Part shown: one piece after another, positions 46,769 through 57,845 of the stretch
How positions within the stretch are numbered: position 1 is the first letter of the stretch
Layout: every line of letters starts with the position of its first letter
Sequence record: OR339795
Strand: one strand, 5' to 3'
Source: Escherichia phage phi456
DNA: 64,000 nt
Program-made: the position numbers and the translations under genes
The notes under the pieces: generated by a model
Databases searched by the model: none
Seen by the model: the letters and a program-made list of their open reading frames with translations, nothing else
What the model was told of the DNA's origin: nothing

Positions 46769-46978
46769 TTATTGTGAATCTAACTGGTTAGTTGCCATGA
46801 GATATTCGATTGTGTCAGTGAGGTCATCCAGGTCGTCTTGGGTGATGCGGTACTCCTGATTGGATATCTTTGAGTAGTGTTCAGCAATGGCGCGGGCTGC
46901 GTCGGTTTCGGCAGGGTCTACAGATAAAGCGTTAGAGCAATGTCTAACGTCGTCGATGGTTGGTTGAATGAAAGCCAT
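46769..46978 (-). CDS. coi: Coi, C1 inactivator
   Basis: 69-aa acidic protein immediately upstream of c1, same size as P1 Coi. Confidence 0.7.
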   Translation of the reverse strand: MAFIQPTIDDVRHCSNALSVDPAETDAARAIAEHYSKISNQEYRITQDDLDDLTDTIEYLMATNQLDSQ

Positions 46979-47097
46979 AATTATGCCTCACTGTATTGAC
47001 AACACAGAGCCTGAAGCTCTGACCTACTGTTTCACCCATGATCCATGCTGGGGTAATCTAACAACATTGCGCTGTGTGTAAGATGAGCAATGCATAG

Positions 47098-48293
<1,196 letters not shown>

Positions 48294-48417
48294 ATAGCTG
48301 TAATGCCGTTGTATAAGGTTTCCCTGTTTGCTCATTTCCTTCTGAGCCGCTCTACAACGCTGAAGACACATTAAATAGTGAATCCAAAGTCGTATTACGT
48401 AACGGCGGCAAAACTAT

Positions 48418-48434
48418 AATTTATTAGAGCAATT
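48418..48434 (-). promoter_or_regulatory. C1 operator-like site
   Basis: Reverse complement attgctctaataaatta, 16/17 consensus match. Confidence 0.6.
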
Positions 48435-48499
48435 GTCAAACAACTATGAAAAACAATCCAGTTTTTGGCTGGTGGAGTGGGATTTTTCTCTCAAAATTC

Positions 48500-48516
48500 A
48501 TTGCTCTAATAATTAT
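48500..48516 (+). promoter_or_regulatory. C1 operator-like site
   Basis: attgctctaataattat, 15/17 consensus match. Confidence 0.6.
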
Positions 48517-48559
48517 TGATTTTTATGCGCAGCTGGACGTAAACTCCTCTTCAGACCTA

Positions 48560-48593
48560 ATAACTTCGTATAGCATACATTATACGAAGTTAT
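48560..48593. other. loxP: loxP recombination site
   Basis: Exact 34-bp ATAACTTCGTATA-GCATACAT-TATACGAAGTTAT. Confidence 0.98.
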
Positions 48594-48691
48594 ATTAAGG
48601 GTTATTGAATATGATCAATTTACCTGTAAATCCATACAGTTCAATACCTTAGCAGGTCAAATAGTGACCACTTGATCATTTGATCAAGGTT

Positions 48692-48750
48692 GCGCTACGT
48701 AAAATCTGTGAAAAATTGGCGGTGTTAGTCCTACAGATTTCGCGTAGCGC
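48692..48750. other. inverted repeat upstream of cre with flanking GATC sites
   Basis: Arms gcgctacgtaaaatctgt (48692-48709) and acagatttcgcgtagcgc (48733-48750); GATC at 48613, 48673, 48682. Confidence 0.5.
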
Positions 48751-48782
48751 ACTTAGCACCACCAATCAATCAGAGGTGAAAA

Positions 48783-49004
48783 ATGGGATATTCAACTGCT
48801 AAAGTGTCCACTCATCTTGAGCTTGAGAAAAACCGTGGTTACTGGCGGGCAAAAGGGTTTGATCGTGATAGTTGCCAACTGTCATTATCGCGCGGTGAAG
48901 AGAAAATAGAACGCACGCGCGGTCGCTGGCGTTTCTATGACGAGAACCATAAACAGGTAAAGGCAGAGCCGATCCTGTACACTTTACTTAAAACCATTAT
49001 CTGA
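48783..49004 (+). CDS. small hypothetical protein upstream of cre
   Basis: 73 aa with GAGGTG RBS at 7-nt spacing; stop 7 bp before cre. Confidence 0.4.
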   Translation: MGYSTAKVSTHLELEKNRGYWRAKGFDRDSCQLSLSRGEEKIERTRGRWRFYDENHKQVKAEPILYTLLKTII

Positions 49005-49011
49005 GTGTTAA

Positions 49012-50043
49012 ATGTCCAATTTACTGACCGTACACCAAAATTTGCCTGCATTACCGGTCGATGCAACGAGTGATGAGGTTCGCAAGAACCTGATGGACAT
49101 GTTCAGGGATCGCCAGGCGTTTTCTGAGCATACCTGGAAAATGCTTCTGTCCGTTTGCCGGTCGTGGGCGGCATGGTGCAAGTTGAATAACCGGAAATGG
49201 TTTCCCGCAGAACCTGAAGATGTTCGCGATTATCTTCTATATCTTCAGGCGCGCGGTCTGGCAGTAAAAACTATCCAGCAACATTTGGGCCAGCTAAACA
49301 TGCTTCATCGTCGGTCCGGGCTGCCACGACCAAGTGACAGCAATGCTGTTTCACTGGTTATGCGGCGGATCCGAAAAGAAAACGTTGATGCCGGTGAACG
49401 TGCAAAACAGGCTCTAGCGTTCGAACGCACTGATTTCGACCAGGTTCGTTCACTCATGGAAAATAGCGATCGCTGCCAGGATATACGTAATCTGGCATTT
49501 CTGGGGATTGCTTATAACACCCTGTTACGTATAGCCGAAATTGCCAGGATCAGGGTTAAAGATATCTCACGTACTGACGGTGGGAGAATGTTAATCCATA
49601 TTGGCAGAACGAAAACGCTGGTTAGCACCGCAGGTGTAGAGAAGGCACTTAGCCTGGGGGTAACTAAACTGGTCGAGCGATGGATTTCCGTCTCTGGTGT
49701 AGCTGATGATCCGAATAACTACCTGTTTTGCCGGGTCAGAAAAAATGGTGTTGCCGCGCCATCTGCCACCAGCCAGCTATCAACTCGCGCCCTGGAAGGG
49801 ATTTTTGAAGCAACTCATCGATTGATTTACGGCGCTAAGGATGACTCTGGTCAGAGATACCTGGCCTGGTCTGGACACAGTGCCCGTGTCGGAGCCGCGC
49901 GAGATATGGCCCGCGCTGGAGTTTCAATACCGGAGATCATGCAAGCTGGTGGCTGGACCAATGTAAATATTGTCATGAACTATATCCGTAACCTGGATAG
50001 TGAAACAGGGGCAATGGTGCGCCTGCTGGAAGATGGCGATTAG
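49012..50043 (+). CDS. cre: Cre site-specific recombinase
   Basis: 343 aa starting MSNLLTVHQNLPALPVDATSDEVRKNLMDMFRDRQAFSEHTWKMLLSVCRSWAAWCKLNNRKWFPAEPEDVRDYLLYLQARGLAVKTIQQHLGQLNMLHRRSGLPRPSDSNAVSLVMRRIRKENVDAGERAKQALAFERTDFDQVRSLMENSDRCQDIRNLAFLGIAYNTLLRIAEIARIRVKDISRTDGGRMLIHIGRTKTLVSTAGVEKALSLGVTKLVERWISVSGVADDPNNYLFCRVRKNGVAAPSATSQLSTRALEGIFEATHRLIYGAKDDSGQRYLAWSGHSARVGAARDMARAGVSIPEIMQAGGWTNVNIVMNYIRNLDSETGAMVRLLEDGD, recognised as Cre. Confidence 0.97.
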   Translation: MSNLLTVHQNLPALPVDATSDEVRKNLMDMFRDRQAFSEHTWKMLLSVCRSWAAWCKLNNRKWFPAEPEDVRDYLLYLQARGLAVKTIQQHLGQLNMLHRRSGLPRPSDSNAVSLVMRRIRKENVDAGERAKQALAFERTDFDQVRSLMENSDRCQDIRNLAFLGIAYNTLLRIAEIARIRVKDISRTDGGRMLIHIGRTKTLVSTAGVEKALSLGVTKLVERWISVSGVADDPNNYLFCRVRKNGVAAPSATSQLSTRALEGIFEATHRLIYGAKDDSGQRYLAWSGHSARVGAARDMARAGVSIPEIMQAGGWTNVNIVMNYIRNLDSETGAMVRLLEDGD

Positions 50044-50093
50044 CCATTAACGCGTAAATGATTGCTATAATTATTTGATATTTATGGTGACAT

Positions 50094-50405
50094 ATGAGAA
50101 AGGATTTCAACATCGACGGAAAATATGTAGTGCTGTCTGTAAGCACTAATATTCAGTCGCCAGCCGTCATTGTCACTGTAAAGCTGAGCGATAGAATGCC
50201 TGATATTGACTCAATATCCGTTGCGTTTCCTGTCAAAAGTATGCGTAGTGCTGAACATTTCGTGATGAATGCCACCGAGGAAGAAGCACGGCGCGGTTTT
50301 GCTAAAGTGATGTCTGAGTTTGGCGAACTCTTGGGTAAGGTTAACAATGTCCTTTCAATCAGTTCAGCAAGGTCCAAAGCGTTAACAGCTTCCATGATGA
50401 AATAA
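50094..50405 (+). CDS. cre-adjacent small protein (P1 cra position)
   Basis: 103-aa ORF immediately downstream of cre; named by synteny only. Confidence 0.4.
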   Translation: MRKDFNIDGKYVVLSVSTNIQSPAVIVTVKLSDRMPDIDSISVAFPVKSMRSAEHFVMNATEEEARRGFAKVMSEFGELLGKVNNVLSISSARSKALTASMMK

Positions 50406-50410
50406 AAAAA

Positions 50411-50430
50411 AGCCTGGCAAGGAGCCAGGC
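50411..50430. terminator. terminator hairpin with adjacent A8 tract
   Basis: agcctggcaaggagccaggc hairpin after aaaaaaaa; the strand it serves is uncertain. Confidence 0.45.
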
Positions 50431-50528
50431 TGCACAAAAGAGCGGGTTTGTATTCCGCATCCAATCAATCAAGAAGGAGTATAGCACACAGGTACTGAAG
50501 TGAAAAAATGTGATTCGCGATAAACAAA

Positions 50529-50545
50529 ATATCTATCATTGCTCT
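50529..50545 (+). promoter_or_regulatory. C1 operator-like site upstream of ref
   Basis: attgctctaattgattg shares the ATTGCTCTAAT core; a second attgctataatt element follows at 50547. Confidence 0.45.
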
Positions 50546-50652
50546 AATTGATTGCTATAATTGAGCCGCAGTTTTTGTCAACTACGAAGACGTTGCCATT
50601 ACTTCACTCCTTGACATCATTGGCGGCCATTAGGCCGCCTTTTTTTTGCCAT

Positions 50653-51213
50653 ATGAAAACAATCGAACAAAAAATTGAACAGTGCCGCAAGTGGCAGAAG
50701 GCAGCCAGAGAACGAGCGATCGCTCGGCAACGGGAGAAGTTGGCTGATCCGGTCTGGCGAGAATCTCAATATCAGAAAATGCGGGATACTCTCGACCGCC
50801 GTATCGCTAAACAGAAAGAGCGCCCACCAGCCAGCAAAACGCGGAAAAGCGCGGTAAAAATAAAATCTCGTGGCTTGAAGGGGAGAACACCAACGGCGGA
50901 GGAACGGCGCATCGCCAATGCTCTTGGCGCTCTCCCCTGCATTGCCTGCTATATGCATGGAGTAATATCTAATGAGGTGTCTCTGCACCATATCGCCGGT
51001 CGTACCGCGCCGGGTTGTCATAAAAAGCAATTGCCACTTTGTAGATGGCACCACCAGCATGCAGCTCCGGCTGAAGTAAGAGAAAAATACCCATGGCTGG
51101 TCCCTGTTCATGCCGATGGTGTGGTTGGAGGCAAGAAAGAATTCACCTTGCTGAACAAGTCAGAGATGGAGTTACTGGCTGACGCCTATGAGATGGCAAA
51201 CATCATGCACTAA
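50653..51213 (+). CDS. ref: Ref, HNH-type recombination enhancement endonuclease
   Basis: 186 aa from ATG at 50653; cysteine/histidine HNH motif (CIACYMHG...SLHHIAGR...CRWHH); the 221-aa track ORF over-extends. Confidence 0.7.
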   Translation: MKTIEQKIEQCRKWQKAARERAIARQREKLADPVWRESQYQKMRDTLDRRIAKQKERPPASKTRKSAVKIKSRGLKGRTPTAEERRIANALGALPCIACYMHGVISNEVSLHHIAGRTAPGCHKKQLPLCRWHHQHAAPAEVREKYPWLVPVHADGVVGGKKEFTLLNKSEMELLADAYEMANIMH

Positions 51214-51402
51214 TAAATATATTATTTTTAATGATAAATGATTGACAACTGACAAGTGACTTCAGTCAGAATCATCACACGCCCGGTACGGATGGATCCC
51301 TTTTCAAATATTCCATGGACGGCACAGTCTGAGTACCGGGCGCTACCTTCAGTTGTATTGCTAAGCCGCCGCTGGTGGCTTTTCTTTTTTGTAGGGGGCG
51401 CT

Positions 51403-52044
51403 ATGGATAAGAAAATATGCGTTGTTTCGATGAGCGTCGGCAAACCGGCGTCAATGACTGCTGCATGGATCAATAACGAGCTGATAATGGCTGAGCGGAC
51501 CAGCTACCCTGAACGCCGCCGCGATATGGAACTCCAGCTGCTGCGCGAATTGCGAGAAAAAGAGGAAAAGGGTTTTATCGTGCTGGTGGAAGAGGAAAAC
51601 AGCTTTATTACTGGACGAGTTGGCCAGCGTGTAAGGTTGCGTGATCCCTTCATGAACGGTAGACCGGTACTGATTGAAGCAATGCAGATTTACAAGGAAT
51701 TAGAACGCCAGAAAGCGATCAAGTTACCGCGCAAGGAATCCGGCAAATACATCCTCCACCAAAGCATCTTCGATTCCGAACATGACAAAAAAGGCGATGA
51801 ATTTTTCAACATCAACTGGAGCGAAATAACGACAGAGCACGTTCTGACGTTGTTATGCTGCTTCGCAACGGAATACAACAACGTTGCAAACTCCGACTAC
51901 ATCAGGGCAATGGCTGGAGAAGTTGAGCCACGCCAGGAACCATCGTTACTAAGCCCACTGATTAACATAATTCGCGGCACACAGAGACTTGCGGAAAAAA
52001 GCGTTCCACATGGAATCTTAACTGGAAAGGGAAACTATTTTTAA
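51403..52044 (+). CDS. mat: Mat-like protein (P1 mat position)
   Basis: 213 aa from ATG at 51403 after a GGGGG RBS; named by synteny and size. Confidence 0.45.
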   Translation: MDKKICVVSMSVGKPASMTAAWINNELIMAERTSYPERRRDMELQLLRELREKEEKGFIVLVEEENSFITGRVGQRVRLRDPFMNGRPVLIEAMQIYKELERQKAIKLPRKESGKYILHQSIFDSEHDKKGDEFFNINWSEITTEHVLTLLCCFATEYNNVANSDYIRAMAGEVEPRQEPSLLSPLINIIRGTQRLAEKSVPHGILTGKGNYF

Positions 52045-52045
52045 C

Positions 52046-52112
52046 GACCTGAGCGCCACTTCTTTCAGGTCGTGTTGGATGTCATAAAAAGGAGGTTTTC
52101 ACCTCCTTTTAA
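52046..52112. terminator. convergent terminators between mat and res
   Basis: Hairpins gacctgagcgccacttctttcaggtc and aaaaaggaggttttcacctccttttaaa. Confidence 0.65.
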
Positions 52113-52119
52113 ACTGGAA

Positions 52120-55032
52120 TTATGGTAATGCGCTCTTGATTAACTGATAAATATCATCATTAGCAAACTGCGTTTTGAATTCAACTTTAACAGACTGACT
52201 TATTTGATTGAAAAGCGCCTGGGCATGTTCAATTTTCTTTTTTTCTTCAAGCCGTAAACTATCCTTACTATCTACGTTTTTTGTTTCAATGATAAAGTTA
52301 AGATAATCACCTTCTGCTGTTTTTACAACATAAGCAAAATCGGGTGAGTAAGTGTATCCACCAGCTACCGGGATCTTAATAGAATTCTTCGGTATCTTTG
52401 AAAAAACAACAACAGACTGGATCTCTCTATCTGTTATATTACGCCTTTCAAGCTCTGAATCATAAAAAACTTCTTCAAAAAGATAAGTATCTAATGGTGC
52501 TTTTGAATTATCCTGTAATACACCAAGATCACTTGATAATACCTCGTCTAGAGGCTTACCATCAGCATTTGTGAACTTTGTGGGATGAATTGAACCCGAA
52601 ATCAAATTATATCCGAGGCTGAATTTATTAAACGAATTGTTCAACAAATACTTACTAAAACCAGATTTAATTTTTCTGATTGTTTGAATATTCAGGTATT
52701 CAGTGATATTAATAGTGTCTTTTATATCACAAAAAACTTTATGTAAAGTATCGTGTTTAACAAAAATAGTCTGTGATAAGTTATCGAGAAACTCTCGATA
52801 ACTCATTGTGTTTAGCTTAGCAAAGTCATCGTCATCACTAACAATGCTTTTCGACATTGCCATATCATTGTGGATGTAAATTTTATCAATGCGAGTATGA
52901 ACGCCTGATTTGGTAAATCGTTCTGTTTCTTCGAGCATGAATGACTTGAAAATGGATAAAAACTCATTTTCACTGTTTATTTTGTACTCAATCACCGCTT
53001 TTTGATTGATTAATTCCCATAGTTCTTTCAGCTCACTGAACTTACCAACACGCATTTTAGTGCGTCTTTTTCCATCAGTAGCTTTTTTGATTTTACCTGG
53101 TTTCACTCCTATAGGGAATGCTGCTGGATATTTGGATTTTAAGCGGCTGTAGGCATCTGAATCTTTGAAATTATCATTGTCATCAATGATTTCATCATTG
53201 AAAAGTTCATTCATTAGTGCTCTGGATGAAAGCTCAGGATACTGAGCCCTGATTTGTTCCTTAAGCTCTTGAGTAAACTTACTTGGAACCCTTTCTTTGA
53301 AAGAACTCTCATTGACCTCTTTAACAAGTGAGTCAACAAAATCCTTTTCTGTAAAATCGACATAATATTTAAGGGTAAAATTGCGGTCTTTCACTCGACA
53401 CATGTATTCATTCACAGGAAGACGCAAACCGCGCCCTACCTCTTGAAGCTTGGATGTGGTACTACCGCTCGAACGGAGCTTACAGATCTGAAAGACATTA
53501 GGATTATCCCATCCCTCACGCAACGTCCATTTGGAGAAAATGAAACGACGTGGATTATCTAAAGACAGCAAAAGCTCTTTGTCATGAAGGATTTCGTTGA
53601 TTTCCTTCTCGATTTTATCATCCTTATCACTGTTATCTTTTGAAAAATAACCGCCATGAACGGAAGATATATCTTTAACTGTTTTTTCAAGATAGTTACT
53701 ATAAAACTCATCTTTTTCTATTTTTAACAGTTCATTAGCTTCTGCCAAAACATATTCTTCGAACTTAGCTTTCAAACTTCCGGCAATATTATTACCGTCA
53801 CGATAACCTTCAATATCATCAATAAAGAAAAGAGTAAGAGGCTTTATGCGTGGCCTTTGTGTCAGAAACTCTTTTTCTAACTTAAAGTGTTCTTTGATAG
53901 CTTTCCTCATCATGCTGTCAGCAAGTGTCTGATCGTAAGAATAGGGGTTTATTGAGCAACCAATTTTTAGCTCAATACCATTACTCAACACTACTGTATT
54001 CTTGCCTAAGGCATCAAGAGTTAAATCGTGAATAGCACTATGTGTCTTAGATAGAGATTCACCTTTTGTTAACTTAAATAAAGTTTTCTTGTTATTTTCA
54101 TTTAGCTCAAATGTAACTTCTTCCCCATCAGATTTAATGAACTTTAGGTTGGCGTCACCATCACCAACAATATCCTCAATGTACGCATCAATACCTTTAA
54201 CAAGGTCTTCATTAAATGCATCCACAGCTGTAAGTCGATAAACTAAATTCTTATAGCCTTCACTAAAGGTCGCACCGTAGCGGATAATATATTGAGCATT
54301 AAACTTCTCTATATTTTCCCATGTCTTTTTACCAGTAGGAAATTTATGTGGTTCATCAATGATAATGAATGGTTTTACCGCACCAAGAGCTGAAAAGGGA
54401 GAATCAAAATGATTGTCAAGCAAGCCAACATCATAAGTGGAATTTAAATTCTTAGAGTGAATCATTCCCGTGTTAATAACAAGAACGTGTATATATTTCT
54501 TATTGAAATTACTAGCTTCAACAAAATCATGTATAGCTTGAGGCATATACGATTTTGTGCTTTTACCGGCATTTTTCTGACTTTCAACAACGTAAGTCTT
54601 TATTTCACGCTCATAATCATCTCTAAAGTGTTCTTTTAACGCATCGCTTTTCAAAAAGTTCACTGTTCCAGCTTTGATCGATAGAGTAGGAACAATAATG
54701 ATAAACTTATTAATGCCAAATGATTTGTTCAGATCAAAAATTGTTTTAGTGTAGGTATACGTTTTACCTGTACCTGTCTCCATAGAAACATCAATTACGT
54801 TGCTTCTAGCATCGTAATTATTTTTTACATGTTCAATACCATTGAGTTCCTGAACTTTTTTTATATTTTTATAGTATTGCTGTTCAGTAAGCCGTAATTC
54901 TGGATTAACTAACAGGCGAATAGAAACATTATCCTCCTGATGAGAGGTCGCGGAAACAAAAACGTTCATCACCGCATCGACACCTGCTTTCTGATGCGGT
55001 AAGTTCTTTTCGAATGTGAACCCTTTTGACAT
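52120..55032 (-). CDS. res: Type III restriction enzyme Res subunit (EcoP1I-like)
   Basis: 970 aa; helicase motif I TGTGKT and DEPH box; size and mod-res arrangement as P1. Confidence 0.85.
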   Translation of the reverse strand: MSKGFTFEKNLPHQKAGVDAVMNVFVSATSHQEDNVSIRLLVNPELRLTEQQYYKNIKKVQELNGIEHVKNNYDARSNVIDVSMETGTGKTYTYTKTIFDLNKSFGINKFIIIVPTLSIKAGTVNFLKSDALKEHFRDDYEREIKTYVVESQKNAGKSTKSYMPQAIHDFVEASNFNKKYIHVLVINTGMIHSKNLNSTYDVGLLDNHFDSPFSALGAVKPFIIIDEPHKFPTGKKTWENIEKFNAQYIIRYGATFSEGYKNLVYRLTAVDAFNEDLVKGIDAYIEDIVGDGDANLKFIKSDGEEVTFELNENNKKTLFKLTKGESLSKTHSAIHDLTLDALGKNTVVLSNGIELKIGCSINPYSYDQTLADSMMRKAIKEHFKLEKEFLTQRPRIKPLTLFFIDDIEGYRDGNNIAGSLKAKFEEYVLAEANELLKIEKDEFYSNYLEKTVKDISSVHGGYFSKDNSDKDDKIEKEINEILHDKELLLSLDNPRRFIFSKWTLREGWDNPNVFQICKLRSSGSTTSKLQEVGRGLRLPVNEYMCRVKDRNFTLKYYVDFTEKDFVDSLVKEVNESSFKERVPSKFTQELKEQIRAQYPELSSRALMNELFNDEIIDDNDNFKDSDAYSRLKSKYPAAFPIGVKPGKIKKATDGKRRTKMRVGKFSELKELWELINQKAVIEYKINSENEFLSIFKSFMLEETERFTKSGVHTRIDKIYIHNDMAMSKSIVSDDDDFAKLNTMSYREFLDNLSQTIFVKHDTLHKVFCDIKDTINITEYLNIQTIRKIKSGFSKYLLNNSFNKFSLGYNLISGSIHPTKFTNADGKPLDEVLSSDLGVLQDNSKAPLDTYLFEEVFYDSELERRNITDREIQSVVVFSKIPKNSIKIPVAGGYTYSPDFAYVVKTAEGDYLNFIIETKNVDSKDSLRLEEKKKIEHAQALFNQISQSVKVEFKTQFANDDIYQLIKSALP

Positions 55033-55034
55033 GA

Positions 55035-56975
55035 TTAGTTCCTTACCACTAAATCTAACTCAATAGATTTTTTGTTAGCATAACTTTTTAGCGCCTCATT
55101 AAGCTCCCTTTGTTTTGCACTTTCAAAGTTACAACCATAAAACACGACTTTGTTTGGGGCAAAATCTTCATCTGAATCCAGCTTTTGGAGCAACGCTTTC
55201 AATGCTTCGCTAGTAAAATTAGGTGCAATCAAATACAGACGGCCATTGCAAAAGTGTGCTGTATAGCCACTAAGATCAACATCTTCAATAGGTGTTGTTA
55301 ACAAGCTACCATCATATACACACCATGTAGTCAATAGGGCATCATACTGTTCAGGCGTTAATACCGCATCATCAAAGAATGTATGATTAGTGAGCGTAAG
55401 TTCAGACTCAACTTTTGCTCTAAAGTCATCAATAGTATGAATCACTTTGAAACCTATTTTAGCCGCATTATCACTTGTGGTTGTGCTTTTTTTAAATACC
55501 TCCTGTATCCTTTTTTTTGTTATTTCAAAAATAGATCTATAGCCAAGAGAATAGGCATTCTTTGTTTTATTTATAACTTCATCTTTTTGTATGCATATAA
55601 AATTCCTACAGCCTGAATCTTTTTCATTTAAATATGCAACAGCTTCTGCTGTCGTACCAGAGCCAGCAAAAAAGTCAAGAACTAATGAATCCTTTTTTGT
55701 TCCTATTTTTACAAGATCGGTTATAAGAGGAACAGGTTTTGGTCCTTCAAATAATTTTGCACCTAAAAGATTTTTAAGCTCAGTTGTCGCCGTGCTTGTA
55801 CTATATTCAGGTTTATACCAAATTGATTTTGGCTTTTTAGTTGGTAGCTCTCCAAGAGCAGGCCGCTGTTTTTTATAGATATTTTTACCATCTTTTATAT
55901 CTATTACTATTAGATTATAAAACTCATCATTTATTTTTTTCTTTCCCCACGACCATGAAAGCTCTTCACCCGTAGGGCTTACTGGGTAAAGTACATAGTC
56001 ATCTTCGTTAAGAGGTTTATCATCATCTGTTACATAAACCTTATTTTCTGAATTGATGAATACCGGAAACCAACCTTTTGGTCTTGATTTTCTAGAAGCA
56101 TCTTGGCCAGTACGCTTTAATGTATCAGCTCTTTTAAATAGCCCATATTCATCTTCATCCCACTCTTTTTCAACTTCACTTTCATCAATATCGAATTGCC
56201 CCAAACTACAAACATCTTTGTTTTTAGCGTATACATATATATATTCATGCGTATCTGAAAAGCCAAAGTTATCATGATTGCCTTTGAGATTCATGATTGT
56301 AGGGAGTTTTGCAACAAAATTACCTTGCCCAAATACTTCGTCGCATAATAATCCCAACTGTTTATCTTCGTTATCGTCTATGGAGATGAATATTACTCCA
56401 TCCTCTTTTAAAAGTTCACGTGCAATATAAAGACGAGGATAAATGAATGTCAGCCATGCACTATGACTGCTTGAACCCTTGGTGGTAAATTCAAGTATGC
56501 GGTTAGCCTCATCAAGCTCGATACCTGCCAGTTCAGAAAGCTGTTCTGGTGTAAACTTGCGATCATCGTTATAGACGAATCCATCTTTACCCGTATTGTA
56601 TGGTGGGTCAATGTAAATCATATTCACCTTTTCAGCATAAGCATTAACCATATGCTTCAATACTTCGAGGTTATCCCCTTTGATTAACAGGTTTTGACTG
56701 TTCTTGTTCTCTTCTTGTTGGTTATGTGTTTTATCTTCTGCCAACAACGTTTTCGGTGGTAGATTGGCCAACAAACGGGCATAAGATTTACCCAGCCAGT
56801 TTAAACTGTATGATTCTTTAGAGAGTTCAACCTCCGATGCTCTAATAATCTCAAGCAATTTTTCTTGAATGAAGGCTCCGTTTTTATCAAAACACTGTGG
56901 GAAATTAGCTTTCAACACAGCCAGTTGCTTGCTGTTAGCCGTTTCTACTTCGGAAAAAATCGTTTCTTTTTTCAT
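55035..56975 (-). CDS. mod: Type III modification methyltransferase Mod (EcoP1I-like)
   Basis: 646 aa from the MKKETIF start; DPPY motif and AdoMet motif FAGSGTT. Confidence 0.85.
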   Translation of the reverse strand: MKKETIFSEVETANSKQLAVLKANFPQCFDKNGAFIQEKLLEIIRASEVELSKESYSLNWLGKSYARLLANLPPKTLLAEDKTHNQQEENKNSQNLLIKGDNLEVLKHMVNAYAEKVNMIYIDPPYNTGKDGFVYNDDRKFTPEQLSELAGIELDEANRILEFTTKGSSSHSAWLTFIYPRLYIARELLKEDGVIFISIDDNEDKQLGLLCDEVFGQGNFVAKLPTIMNLKGNHDNFGFSDTHEYIYVYAKNKDVCSLGQFDIDESEVEKEWDEDEYGLFKRADTLKRTGQDASRKSRPKGWFPVFINSENKVYVTDDDKPLNEDDYVLYPVSPTGEELSWSWGKKKINDEFYNLIVIDIKDGKNIYKKQRPALGELPTKKPKSIWYKPEYSTSTATTELKNLLGAKLFEGPKPVPLITDLVKIGTKKDSLVLDFFAGSGTTAEAVAYLNEKDSGCRNFICIQKDEVINKTKNAYSLGYRSIFEITKKRIQEVFKKSTTTSDNAAKIGFKVIHTIDDFRAKVESELTLTNHTFFDDAVLTPEQYDALLTTWCVYDGSLLTTPIEDVDLSGYTAHFCNGRLYLIAPNFTSEALKALLQKLDSDEDFAPNKVVFYGCNFESAKQRELNEALKSYANKKSIELDLVVRN

Positions 56976-57126
56976 ATCCATTTTAAACCAGATCATTTAG
57001 CAACAAAGCGCCGCCTCCCCAGCCCGTTAGAGCCAGAAGTTGTGGCACTATCACTATCTATATGTTTGAAGAATCGTGCTTCTTTGAGCGATGCTCGGTG
57101 AGCAAACAGCCATAATTTGGGGAAGT

Positions 57127-57375
57127 TTAATCCGCATTGAGAAGCAATGCATTATCTATGATGATCTGCTCCCATTCTTCGAATGCCCGGTCACGGACGC
57201 CCTGGGGAACACTGTTTGTTTTGAAATCGACGACCGTCCGCCATTTCCCGTCCGGACGGTACATGCGCAGAGCTTTACTTCCCCCTTCCCTGCGCACCTC
57301 AACGTTATGCTTATCAGCAAACTCTTGTAATGCTCGTAGCGTCCCATGCTTTACTGTGTAGTATCGCTTTTTCAA
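57127..57375 (-). CDS. lxc: Lxc/Bof-like C1 co-repressor modulator
   Basis: 82-aa ORF downstream of ulx, size and position as P1 lxc. Confidence 0.55.
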   Translation of the reverse strand: MKKRYYTVKHGTLRALQEFADKHNVEVRREGGSKALRMYRPDGKWRTVVDFKTNSVPQGVRDRAFEEWEQIIIDNALLLNAD

Positions 57376-57812
57376 GTTTTCTCTCCAGCCTGTGCTAAGG
57401 CTTCAACTTCCAAATCGTAAGACTCAAACTCATAGTCCTGGTCGTCAACCTCTTCAGGCACTGGCAGTAAATGCCAGGCTGAGTATATCTGACCATTATC
57501 AAAACGCTCCTGGCTGTAGAGCGTCGCGGCTATGAGTGTTAGCGCCGGGCGGTCATAACGGTAAATTTTGCGAACGTCACGGTCAACGAGACGACCGAAA
57601 TTACCATAACCGCGCTCCAGTAATAATTTTTTAATTTCCGGCCAGTATGGACCATAGCTGCGGTACAGGCGGGGATTTTTCAGTAATCGCCCGCGTAGCC
57701 CTGACAGGAAGAAATCAACGTATTCGTCTTCTGTCTTTCCTAACAACGCTGTACGGAGTACCGCCTCAAGATATGTTTTATTCGGTTTTATTGTATCAGA
57801 TAGTGTGGCCAT
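57372..57812 (-). CDS. ulx: Ulx-like protein (P1 ulx position)
   Basis: 146-aa ORF overlapping the lxc start, downstream of darB. Confidence 0.45.
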   Translation of the reverse strand: MATLSDTIKPNKTYLEAVLRTALLGKTEDEYVDFFLSGLRGRLLKNPRLYRSYGPYWPEIKKLLLERGYGNFGRLVDRDVRKIYRYDRPALTLIAATLYSQERFDNGQIYSAWHLLPVPEEVDDQDYEFESYDLEVEALAQAGEKT

Positions 57813-57845
57813 ATTATGCGACGCCCGGCGAACCGGGCGCTCCTG

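Noticed and set aside
50617-51111. 164-aa minus-strand ORF antisense to ref
   Set aside because: Fully overlaps the HNH-motif ref frame on the opposite strand; no independent signals
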